A stretch of DNA of 62,921 nucleotides, the filler included, from Reclinomonas americana ATCC 50394 (lineage: Eukaryota), in assembly GCA_048213135.1 (NCBI GenBank). It is 5 parts of 4 records of this genome, joined end to end, with 100 filler letters (N's around TTAATTAATTAA, not from the genome) between each part and the next. Parts side by side here need not be neighbours in the genome. Positions count along the whole stretch, not along the records: positions 26,804 to 57,860 come from PS015048.1; 4 more parts are not named here. The stretch is one strand, 5' to 3'. The notes beneath the pieces were generated by a model. That model was not told where the DNA came from, searched no databases, and was given only the letters and a program-made list of their open reading frames with translations. Of this stretch, positions 28,230 through 39,400 are shown in pieces. The stretch's first letter is position 1. The number at the start of each line of letters is the position of its first letter. Position numbers and translations under genes: made by a program.

Positions 28230-30535
28230 ATGCCACCCGTGAGAGGGGACGACGAGGCATCGACCGGCGCACGGCCACGGCGACGTGTACGCGCTCTGCT
28301 GCAACACGTGTTCCCTCGCGTCCTGGCCGTGGCGCAAGCAGGTGCGTGAACGGATCGATCGATCTCTCTCATTGTTGCTGCTGAGTCGTCTGCGCGCAGC
28401 CTCCTCGTCGACAGAGTCGAGAGAGGTGCAGCGACGTGGTCATGTAGAGACAGAGATCGAGGCGGCTCCGCGTGAGCTGGACGGTCCATCGGCCTCGTGG
28501 TTGTCCAAGATCGTGCGCTCGTTGCAAGGATCGTCCAAGTTGTCGGCCGACTCGTTGCAGGTGAGTGTGCAGCTGGGTGTCTTCTGGTCGCATGACTGAC
28601 ATGCACGCCACCAGGCCTTCAACAACATTCTGTTTCTNNNNNNNNNNNNNNNNNNNNNNNNNNNNNNNNNNNNNNNNNNNNNNNNNNNNNNNNNNNNNNN
28701 NNNNNNNNNNNNNNNNNNNNNNNNNNNNNNNNNNNNNNNNNNNNNNNNNNNNNNNNNNNNNNNNNNNNNNNNNNNNNNNNNNNNNNNNNNNNNNNNNNNN
28801 NNNNNNNNNNNNNNNNNNNNNNNNNNNNNNNNNNNNNNNNNNNNNNNNNNNNNNNNNNNNNNNNNNNNNNNNNNNNNNNNNNNNNNNNNNNNNNNNNNNN
28901 NNNNNNNNNNNNNNNNNNNNNNNNNNNNNNNNNNNNNNNNNNNNNNNNNNNNNNNNNNNNNNNNNNNNNNNNNNNNNNNNNNNNNNNNNNNNNNNNNNNN
29001 NNNNNNNNNNNNNNNNNNNNNNNNNNNNNNNNNNNNNNNNNNNNNNNNNNNNNNNNNNNNNNNNNNNNNNNNNNNNNNNNNNNNNNNNNNNNNNNNNNNN
29101 NNNNNNNNNNNNNNNNNNNNNNNNNNNNNNNNNNNNNNNNNNNNNNNNNNNNNNNNNNNNNNNNNNNNNNNNNNNNNNNNNNNNNNNNNNNNNNNNNNNN
29201 NNNNNNNNNNNNNNNNNNNNNNNNNNNNNNNNNNNNNNNNNNNNNNNNNNNNNNNNNNNNNNNNNNNNNNNNNNNNNNNNNNNNNNNNNNNNNNNNNNNN
29301 NNNNNNNNNNNNNNNNNNNNNNNNNNNNNNNNNNNNNNNNNNNNNNNNNNNNNNNNNNNNNNNNNNNNNNNNNNNNNNNNNNNNNNNNNNNNNNNNNNNN
29401 NNNNNNNNNNNNNNNNNNNNNNNNNNNNNNNNNNNNNNNNNNNNNNNNNNCGTCAACTCGATTCCGCCCTCGCTCAACTCGCTCTCCATCTTCAACATCA
29501 TGCTGCGCTCGTCGCCACCCGACTCGGATCTCTTGCCGTTCCTTGCGCAAGTGCGCATCCCCAAGAGCACGCTTGGTGGCACCGATTACAAGACATTCAT
29601 CGCCACGCTGGCGCGCGTGCAGCAGTACTTGCCGGTGTGGTACTACTCGTCGCTGGTGCTCGGACGCGCCACCGGCAGCTTCGACAAGATCCTGCTCTTT
29701 GCCGCGCAGCGATTCGCACAGGGTTCGTGCCTTTTCCCATGCTACGTTACCTGTGTTCGTCGCTGAGCCACGTTGCGCAGACATCAAGACGCGACAGGCT
29801 GTGGTGTCGGCACTGGTGTATCCGGCGTTCATGCTGCTGCTGTCGATCGGCGGCATCACGTTGCTGCTGGCGCGCATTCTGCCGCAGCAGATCAGCACGT
29901 TCGAGTCGATGGGCCTGCCGGTGCCGGCCAGTTTGGCCTTCGTGAATCTGCTGCTGCAGCGCACCGAGCTCTTCTGGGTGTCGCTGGCGGTGCTGCTGCC
30001 GAGTGCGCTGTCGTCGCGCTTGCTGCCATACCGCACCCACATGCGATTGCAGTACATCAAGCTGCACACGCCACTCGGCCGACTGCGCTTCCTGCGCGAC
30101 AAGGCCGCCCTGCTCAACGTGCTCTCCATGCTGACGGCCGAGCAGATCAGCTCGCGCCTGCTGCTCGTCTGCACCAACCTCAATGGCAATCCCGTGCTGC
30201 AGCACATGCTGGAGAGCATGGCGGCGCGCGCCAAGAGCGGTGCCTCCTCCGAAGAGGTGCTGTCGTACATGCTGACGCAGGCGCACGTCTTCTCGCCCTA
30301 CGAGGTGGCCTACCTGCAAGCGTGCTTCCTCACCGGCAAGCACGCCACCGTACAAGACGGTCTGCGATACTTGGCCGCCGCCGCCCAACGCGAATACCAG
30401 TCGCGACTGGACACACTGCTCGGCCTGCTCAATCCAATCACTACCGTGCTGGTGGGCATGCTGGTGGCCATGATCGCCTTCCTCGGCGTCGGCCCGCTGG
30501 TGCAGCTCACCGACGCCGTCTCTGTTAATGCATAA
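28230..30535 (+). CDS. gspF: Type II secretion system F family (GspF/PilC) inner-membrane platform protein, intron-containing
   Basis: KLSADSLQAFNNILF (start of first T2SSF domain), LPVWYYSSLVLGRATGSFDKIL, IKTRQAVVSALVYPAFMLLLSIGG..ILPQQISTFESMGLPVP, LHTPLGRL, G.SSEEVL..AHVFSPYEV, and C-terminal LLGLLNPITTVLVGMLVAMIAFLGVGPLVQL TM helix. At least three GT-AG introns (~28342, 28561, 29723); N gap 28638-29450. Confidence 0.85.
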
Positions 30536-30580
30536 TGAATGAAGTTTCGAGGTAGGACATCACGGCTATTGATCTTGATC

Positions 30581-32382
30581 ATGCGGAGAGAGAGCACGCT
30601 CATCTCACTCGTGCTTGTCTCGCTGCTGTGCGTGTCTATCATCGCCCATGTGGAGGGCCAACAGCAGCCGCGCACAGCACAGCGCTGGGTCACGGACTCG
30701 TCGGGCAGCAGTGTGCGCATGCAGCGATTCCCCGATGTGATTTTCCGCAACTCCACCACCGCGAGTGCCTCCGCCACTGCGTTGACCGTGGACGTTCACA
30801 CAGTTTTCCAGTCGATGAATGGGTACGGTGCGGCGCTCACCAATGCCGCCGCCACACTGCTGCTGGCCCTGAAACACACGAATGGGACGATGTACTCGGA
30901 GGTGTTGCACCGGCTGTTTGACGATGCGGGCGAGGCGCGACTGGGTGTGCTGCGCATTCCGCTCGGCAGCACCGACTTTTCGCTGGAGGAGTACGTGTAC
31001 CAGCCGACACGCGACTCGGCTTTCAGCATTGAACACGACATGCAAGATCTCGTGCCGGTGTTGCACGACATTCTGGCGGTGCAGCCGAACATGCGTCTCC
31101 TGTTGGCGCCCTTTACTGCGCCGCCGTGGATGAAGGACAACCCGAGCTTCTACTGGGGTACGCTGCGCGACGACATGATTGCGCGGTACGCACAGTACCT
31201 GGTCGATGCGGTGACTGCCTATCAGAAGGAGCTCGGCGCCTCGACTGTGTGGGCCCTCACGCTGCAGAATGAGCCGCTGCACGACCCGTTGCGTCACCCA
31301 GCTTACGTATGCGACAATGTTTGTTTATGCTGAGAGGCTTGACACAGCTGCGATTACCCTTGCATGCGCATGATGCCACCGGCGCAGGTTTTTTTTGACG
31401 AACTGTCTCTATCAGTCGATTAATCAGTGCTCCTCACGGTGTCCTCGTGTGCAGATCAAGTTGGCACCACAAGTGCGCCAGCTGCTGGATGCCACCGGTG
31501 CGGGCCGCAGCGTCAAGGTCCTGGCTTACGATCACAAGTTGCGCGACAGCCTTCTCTCTATCTCCAGGCTGCCATTTTCACTGTCGTTATCATCACCATC
31601 GACAGCTGGGACACCATTTGGTACCCCACCGAGGTGCTCGCTGACGCGACAGCAGGCGCCACACTGGCGGGTACCGCCGTCCACTGCTACGGCGGCGACG
31701 TCTCGGCGCAGTCGGCACTGCATGGCACCAATCCGACAAAGGAGATCCACATGACCGAGTGCTCCGGCACCACTGGCGCTCCCGTCTTCAAGGACAACAT
31801 GAACTGGTGCGACACGTGCACTCCAGAAGTAATTACCCTCTCACCTCACTCGCGTGCCGCCTCGCCAGGAACTGCGCCAATCTGTACCTCGGCGGAGCAC
31901 GGAACTGGGGCCAGACGGTGTTGCACTGGAACTTGGCACTCGATCAGAACTGCGGACCGCATCTGGGCGGATGCAAGAACTGTCGCGGTGTACTCACGCT
32001 GCATCGACCGGCGTGGGACACGGCGCACGTGCCGCAAGCTGTGGACGGCGTGCAGTACGAGGTCGAATACTACGGACTGTTGCGTCTCTAAAACACTCGT
32101 CTTGATCTCCTCCGACGTGCACCTCACCCACCGTGCCAATGCAGTGCTCACATGAGTCGCTTTGTGCGCACCGGGTACCAGCGCGTAAGCACCATGGTGA
32201 AACCCACGGACTGCATCCTGGCCGAGTCGTTCTCCGACGGCACCACCACCGTCACCACAATCATCAACAATCACTGCAGTGCGCCCGTCGACGTTGCACT
32301 CGTGCAAGGCGCCAACGGAGGCACTGCCGTGGTGGCTGCCACTCCACCCGGCATGACCACACTGACGTATCCCATACTATAA
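30581..32382 (+). CDS. Secreted glycoside hydrolase family 30 (glucosylceramidase / endo-beta-1,6-glucanase type)
   Basis: Signal peptide; FQSMNGYGAALT, RIPLGSTDFS, APPWMK, LTLQNEP (acid/base), AYDHNWD, HCYGG, MTEC (nucleophile), WNLALD..GPHLGGCKNCRG, AHMSRFVR; five introns. Confidence 0.93.
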
Positions 32383-32450
32383 TGCCGCAATAAAACGCGT
32401 TTCTGTAATCAAGCTTACGTACATACGTATTTTTATCATCGCGCGGAGAG

Positions 32451-33830
32451 ATGTTGTCTGCAACGCGAAGGCTGTTCTCTTCGTTGCGCAGCTCGTCGGG
32501 CATTGCATTCCTCTCACTCGCTCACTCACTCACTCACTCACTCTGCACGCAGTCACTCCACACTGGCCACTGGCACTCCACTGGCCGAGCAAGTTGTCAC
32601 AGTCATTGGTGGCAGTGGCTTTCTCGGTCGCGCTGTGGTCGCCGCTCTCCACGACCGCGTGAAAGAGGTTAAGAGAGACAGAGAGAGTAAGAGAGACAGT
32701 CTCCACTGTGTGAGTGCTGACGTGTCGTGCTGCAGATTCGCGTGGCCTCGCGCAAGCCCGATCCCTCCAAGTTCACTGAACATCCGCGTGTGACGTGTGT
32801 GCCTCTGGATGCCACTGATGCACGCGGTGTGATTACTGCCACACAGGTGTGACGATAGAGAAGTGTGAGAGTCGTCGAGCGTGCCTGATTCTCTCTCTCG
32901 CTCCCTGTGCGTGCGTGAAGGGATCGACATCGGTTGTCAATCTGGTCGGCATTCTGTACGAGACTCCGCAACAGTCGTTCCTCGACGCGCATGTCAAGAT
33001 CGCCCGCAATGTGGCCGAGGCCTGTGCGGCCAACCGTTGCGTTCACCCTGCTGCATGCTCGCCGGCTGTGTCTCCTGTGTTGTTGAGGCTGTCCGATGAT
33101 GGATGGGCTGCAGGCGCCGAGAATCTCGTGCATGTGTCCTCGATTGGATCGGAGGCCGATGCACCCTCGCGCTACTCGCAGACCAAGGCGCAGGCGGAGC
33201 GCGAGGCCAAGGTCATCTTCCCCAACATTACCATCTTGCGCCCGTCCATCATCTTTGGAGAGGAGGACAGCTTCTTCAACATGTTTGATCAAATGGCCAA
33301 GTACTCGTTCATGCTGCCGCTGATTGGCGGTGGTGAGACGCGTTTCCAGCCCGTGTACGTGCAAGATGTGGCACAGGCAGTGCTCAAGTTGCGTGCGCCG
33401 ATGCAAACCACCCATACGCGTTGTGCCTTGTCTTGTTCATTGCGTCTTGGCAGAGTGTTGTCGGATCCGACGACTCACGGCAAGACGTTTGAGATTGGTG
33501 GCGCGCGTGTGTACACGTTCAAAGAGCTGCTGGAGTTGATGCTTCGTGTGACCAATCGCACGCGTCTCCTCGTGCCGGTGCCGTTTGCGGTGGCCGCGCT
33601 GCAGGGTCGCGTGCTGGAGATGCTACCAGGCCGCCCAGTTGCGTTTCTGCAACGTGAGATCCCTTCCTCATGCTCCTTCCTCACTGCCTGCCACGCAGCT
33701 GCTGACCGTGGATCAAGTCGAAAGTCTGAAGCGAGACAATGTGGTCTCGCCGACGGCGCGCACCTTGTCGGACCTGGGAATCGTACCGCGGTCGGTGGAA
33801 GACCTGCTGCCGACGTACCTCAAGCCGTGA
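32451..33830 (+). CDS. NDUFA9: Complex I NDUFA9 (39-kDa) family atypical SDR with mitochondrial presequence
   Basis: MLSATRRLFS presequence; VTVIGGSGFLGR, VVNLVGILYET, HVSSIG, YSQTKAQAE, TILRPSIIFGEED, LPLIGGGETRFQPVYVQDVA; six introns. Confidence 0.88.
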
Positions 33831-34132
33831 GGGCGGAATCGTTTTTCTCCTCGCCCCTCCCCTCCTCTCCCCTCCCCTACTCCTCCTAGACACTATGCAG
33901 TAGCTCATGTTGTGCGCGTGCGTGTGTGTGCCCCGCAATGTAGTTGACACACGACGACGGCACAAAAACAACCAAACACGCACGTTATACTCTACAAGCT
34001 ACCACCACGGCCTTAAAAGTTAACGGACGCCAAGCATACAAGAACACAACGGAAAGGAGGGCACACGGAAACAGAGAGAGAGACACAAATCATCATCACC
34101 AGAGACACACACACACAGAGAGAGAGAGCTGG

Positions 34133-36229
34133 TTATTGAGATCCACTGGCCATGGAGCCGCCACTGGCCAACAGCAGCGCCTGTGCGGCGGGTGGCGGGG
34201 GTGCCAGGTCGGGGTGGAACGAGCGCAGCTCCTCCCACAGGTGTGCCTTGATCATGTCAGTGTTCAACTCAATCACCTCGAAGCTGAAGTCGAGCTTCTC
34301 CGGCGCCTCGACCTCCTCATCCAGATTCCGGATGGGCGCAAAGTACGGGTGCTCGAGTGCCTGTTGGATTGTCATGCGTTCCTTGGGGTGGAATCGCATC
34401 ATGCCCAGCATCAGGTCGAGGGCTGCGGCGTGCGAGTGAGTACAGGGGGCATGTACCAAAGAGGGAGTCTTGTCGCCAGTGCAAACCTTCAGGCGGTGCA
34501 TTCGGCATCAGCGTGCTGAAATCGGCGGCCTTCTTGACGGGCTGTCGAGCCAGCCAATCCAGAGCCTGCGTCGGTCACAGAAGGGGGGTGAGTGGAAAGA
34601 ATGCATAAGGAGGAGAGACAAGAGGTGTCTGACCTCGCGCGAGCCAATGTCAGCAATGCTCTCCCTCGATGGTGTGCCCACCAGCGAGCAAATGACCATG
34701 ATCTGGTCCAAGTCTGCGGTTCCACAAGTGAGCACGGGATCCCGTCGAGCGAAATACAGGAGACGGAGAACGCAACAGGACTTGCCCGGAATCAGCGGTC
34801 GGCCAGTGTAGGTCTCGGCAAAGATGCACCTGTTACCCGGCGAGTGAGTAAACACAAGTGATGGGAGAGAGAGAAAGAAGGGGGTAACACCACGGGACGA
34901 AACGCTGCGCTCCACACATCGATGGCTTCGCCGTACGTCTTGAGTTGCATGAGCAACTCCGGAGCACCTACAAACACGCAGAAGGTGAGCATGTACGACA
35001 ATGGCTCGACATTATTTGAAGCAGTTCATCAGCATCATCATCACGCAACGATACCCTGCAGTCGTGAGAATCGAGAGTGAGACACGCAGAACATGATGCA
35101 TGAACGGGGGCAACAGGAGGAGACGCAACATCGAGTCGTGACGTACAGGGTCATTTCGACCTTCTTCTCCTCCTCGTAGTGCATGGAGCGAGCCAAACCA
35201 AAGTCGCACAGCTTCAAATGCCCGTCTTCCGAGATCAGCAAATTGCCGGGTTTCCTGTGTTTCACGTTCAGACTGGACTTCAAGACGCGACGCGGATGCC
35301 AAAAGACGCAACAGATCGCGATGCAAGATGTTGCACGAGTGGCAGTACTTCAATCCCTTGAGCAGTTCGTACATCCATAGCCGACGGTTGTGCTCCGACA
35401 CCATCGACGGACCGGCCTTGAGCTCCTTGGCCAGATCGCGATCACCAAGCTCAAACACAAAGTACAGCTGCTTGAAGTCGCTGCGCCGTGAATCACACGA
35501 GCAAGTGAGGATGCAGAGAAGCCACCTACGTAACACAGCAACAACAACAGAACGTAACTCGTACGACTGCGGCCGCGCCATGTCGAACAACTCAATCACG
35601 TTGGCGTGCTTCAAGTGACGCAGAATCTTGACCTCGCGCAGCAGACTGCCAAAGGAAGGGTAAGCACAACGCGGCGTGAGACAATTAGCAACAGAGAAGA
35701 AGAGGGGACGCGGGCGCGCACCGCTTGGCCTCGGGAGCACTGCGGAACACGCCATCGACTCGCTTGATGGCCACATCGCGACCTGTGCGGAAATCCGTGG
35801 CTCGCCTGTGACATGCAATGAGTGGAAGACACACACAGAGTGAGCATGACAGAGAGAAACGCAACACGACAACACCAAAGGCGCCGGCTCCGAGCACTTC
35901 ATGGATCTCATAGCTGTCATGACGGAAAGCATGCTTACTGTCAGTTTGATGCCACTTTGTGTGGAGAGAGCGGGTCTGTGTGCAAGTGGACTCACCGCGT
36001 CGGAAGTGTCCACTCTGCGCTCACACAGCAAGCAAGCAAGAGAGAGAGAGAGAGAGAGTGGCGTGAGAACGAGGCCATGGTCGTCCGGACAGCACACACT
36101 CACACACACATTAACACAAGCAGCACACGAGACACGCGCAAGCACAGAGAGGAGAGAGCATAGTGCGGCAGAAGCAGAGACAAAAAGGGGGTGTTGCAGT
36201 GCAAAGACAAAGCAAAACACACGCGCCAT
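34133..36229 (-). CDS. Mitogen-activated protein kinase (TLY activation motif)
   Basis: LGAGAFGVV, VAIKR, AKRLLREVKILRHLKHANVI, HRDLKPGNLL, LKLCDFGLAR, MTLYVTTRWYRAPE, ALEHPYF; about 12 introns including a 6-nt microexon. The start codon is tentative. Confidence 0.92.
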
Positions 36230-36269
36230 TTTTCCCGTGTGACAAACNNNNNNNNNNNNNNNNNNNNCG

Positions 36270-36347
<78 letters not shown>

Positions 36348-36416
36348 GAGGAGGAGTGGCACCAGCGCACACACGCGCACGCTGGTTTCTGTTCTTTTCT
36401 CTTTTGTTTTTTCCAG

Positions 36417-39400
36417 GTCGACATCGACCTTGTTGGGTCCGGATCGATGCTTGTGCGTCGTCGCTCCTCTGTGGGTGGGCCTGGCACGCTGGAGGCACTC
36501 GTGCTGGACTCTAATGTCACCTTCCTCGTCGGCCCTCCCTTTACAGTTGCGCGCGCGTGTGTGTGAGAGAGTCTACACAGAGACAACTCACTCGCTCACT
36601 CGCTCGCGACAAGGGCAAGCACCTGGACTGCGATCTGGAGGTGAGCGCGAGGGAGCAGCACGAGTCAATCAAGGTCGTGTCACTGGAGCGACCTCCGGCG
36701 GCACTGCATGCCTTCAACAAGGGAATCATGCGCGATCTGCAACAAGGATTGCATGTGGTGGTCGTCGATCGCAGTGCCGAGGGCCACACACGGACATCGC
36801 TCATTCGCTACTTGCGGGAACACTGGGCGCAGCATCAGCAGCAACAGCAGCAGCAGCAGCAGCAGCGAGTGAGCAGCATTCGATTTGCGCAAAAGACGTG
36901 GCGGGCCTCGTTGAAGCAGGTGCTGTGGGTGCGCGAGTGGGCGCTGGCCGAGCGGACAGTGGCCACGGGCGAGCGTTGCGTCTCTCCCTGCGCGTCCTTC
37001 CCTCCCTCGCACGCCCACTCACCTCTGTCTCTGTTGTTACAGTGGTTCGGTATCAGCCGACGCCGATCAACCCGCACGATCGCTGGTTCGAGCCGGAGCA
37101 GGCGTCGGCGGCCGATGCGACCTGCTTCAGTGCGATCAAGAAGGTGGAGGACACGCTGCGGTTGATTGATAGCGCGCCGCTGGATCGCCCAGTGAGTCGA
37201 CCTGGTTGCAAGCTTGTCTCTGCCACGGTGTCGTGTTTCATTGTGTGTGTGTGCAGTCGGTGGTCGTGCAGTTGCTGGGAGTGTGCTCGTATGTGCCGGG
37301 CGAGGGTTTCGTGCTCCACCCGGGACTGGCTCGTGCGCTCCTGCAGTGGCGTCGTCTCGGCGGTGACATTGCGGTGGACCGGCGTCTGGTGGTGTTCACG
37401 TACACGGATGCGGCGGTGGCGGCGCACGTGCTGGCGGCCGACCCCGACGCCGGTGACCTGTTGTCCACGTTTGCGGTGGTGCGACAGCAGATTGCGCGGT
37501 CGCTGGAGCGGCTGGCGGCGGAGACCGAGATGGAGGTGCACTATTGTTGCTGTCAGACCACCGACGCGCAAGCGATGCAGGAGCCGTCGGTGTGCGCCCA
37601 GTTTTTTTCGTCGGGGGTCGGCATGGTGGCCTTTCTACAGCGTCGCCTCTTCCTCTCCCTCGACAACTTGGTCTTTGTGTACGGCGACTCCACGCCGTCG
37701 GATCGGTGGCGCGACATTGGTCTGCGCTGGCTCGTGTCGGCCGCCAATTTTCTCGACTTTGGCGCGCAGCCCAACATCAAGTCCTTGTTGCGTTATAATT
37801 ACACGCCTCTCTCAACACTCTTCCCTCCCTCACGAGGTGTTGTTGAGGTGGCAGGTCCAACATTCGCGAGGACCATGTTCGCTCGCGCATACCGTTCCTC
37901 ACCAATGTGCAACCGCTCTCCGAGGAGGAACTGGAGCGCCTGTCGAGTGACGACTGTGTGCGACTGCGCGACCCCTACGTCACCCACCTGCTTCCCGTGC
38001 AACAACTCGTGCCCCTGACGGCACTGGTCGACAACGGCAGTGGCGATTTGCAGCTCTTCGAGGAGCAAGCGTGGGGCGGTCGTTTCCACGGACTGGTGGT
38101 GCCGGAGAGCATGGCCGATCGCCTGCTGGAATCGAGCCTGCGTTCGTCCATTTTTGTGGTCAGCGGCGCCAAGGGCAGTGCCAGTCTGAGCAGCACCAGC
38201 AGCAACAGTAACAGCAACAGTGGCCGAATCGGCAGTGTTCGTGGCTCACTGGAGAGCTCCGGCAGCAGCAGCAGCAGCAGCAGCATGCTGGACCGCAATC
38301 TGCGCCTGCTCAGCTCGGGCGCCGCCGTGCCGACTCCACCACTGGCCTCCTCCTCGAACGGCTCGTCATCGCTTTCCTTTTCGTCGTTTCCCATTTTCGG
38401 GGCGCCAGCACCTGTCGAGTCACGCAATGCTGCTGCACGGGCACCGCCGCCTCCCGTGCCACCCATTGGTTCGACGACGTATCCACACATGCGTGTTGAG
38501 TGTTTACTGACACGCACCACGTCACACAGACATGTCGTGGGTGCGCGCCACGTGGACCGAGGACTACACCACCAGCGTGTGCAAGGAGCACGAAGTCAGC
38601 AAGGCACAGCTGTTGAGTAACCTTTGTGTGTGATATATTTTGGTGTCTGACCATGTGGCAGATTGGTGCGAGCCAACCGTGTGCGCTTTCTGGGCATCCG
38701 GCGGGAGGGCGACAGCGACAGTCGCATCACGGTGGTCGCAGCTTGCGAGGGCTCCGAGACCAACGTCTTTTATCAGCTCGTCGTTGCGCTCTTGCCTGCT
38801 GCCCTTTATTCGCATACTCTCTCCCTCTCTCTCTCCTGTGCTGCTGATGCTTTCGCTGGCTACAGCTGCGCTTTGCGGTGACGGGCCAGTATGGCGATTG
38901 GACGTGTACGTGCCCCGACTTTACACAGCGGGGCCACAAGCTCGCGTACCCCATGTGCAAGCACCTGACTGCCGCCATCATGACCATGCGTGAGGCCGAT
39001 CCGACGACTCTGGCACGATTCTCCACGGCACAGTCGCCGAAAGGTGTGTCAAAGAGAAAGAGAGAGGGTACAGGCCACCATCTGAAGACTGACCGCGAGA
39101 CACAGATCTCTTTAGCGCCTTTGACGCGCAGATTGCAGCCGCGAAGAAGTCGGTCGGTATCATGTCACATTGCCACTGCTGGTATTGCCGCTGATTGTGT
39201 AAGTCGTCCTTGCAGGCCGCAGCACCATTGTCAATGGTGCCGCCTGTGCAGCAGGCACAACAGCCGGCGCTGTGGTCGTCTCGCGCGCCGAATGTCACGC
39301 GAACCGCCACACTGCCTCCCTTGTCGACGATGCCAGCGCCTGCGGCCGCAGCAGCCGCCCCAGTGGGCCGGTTGGTGACTACAACTGGCGCCGATACAAC

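Noticed and set aside
28230-30535. GspF as bacterial contamination
   Set aside because: It has spliceosomal introns, no operon neighbours, and is contiguous with intron-rich eukaryotic genes.
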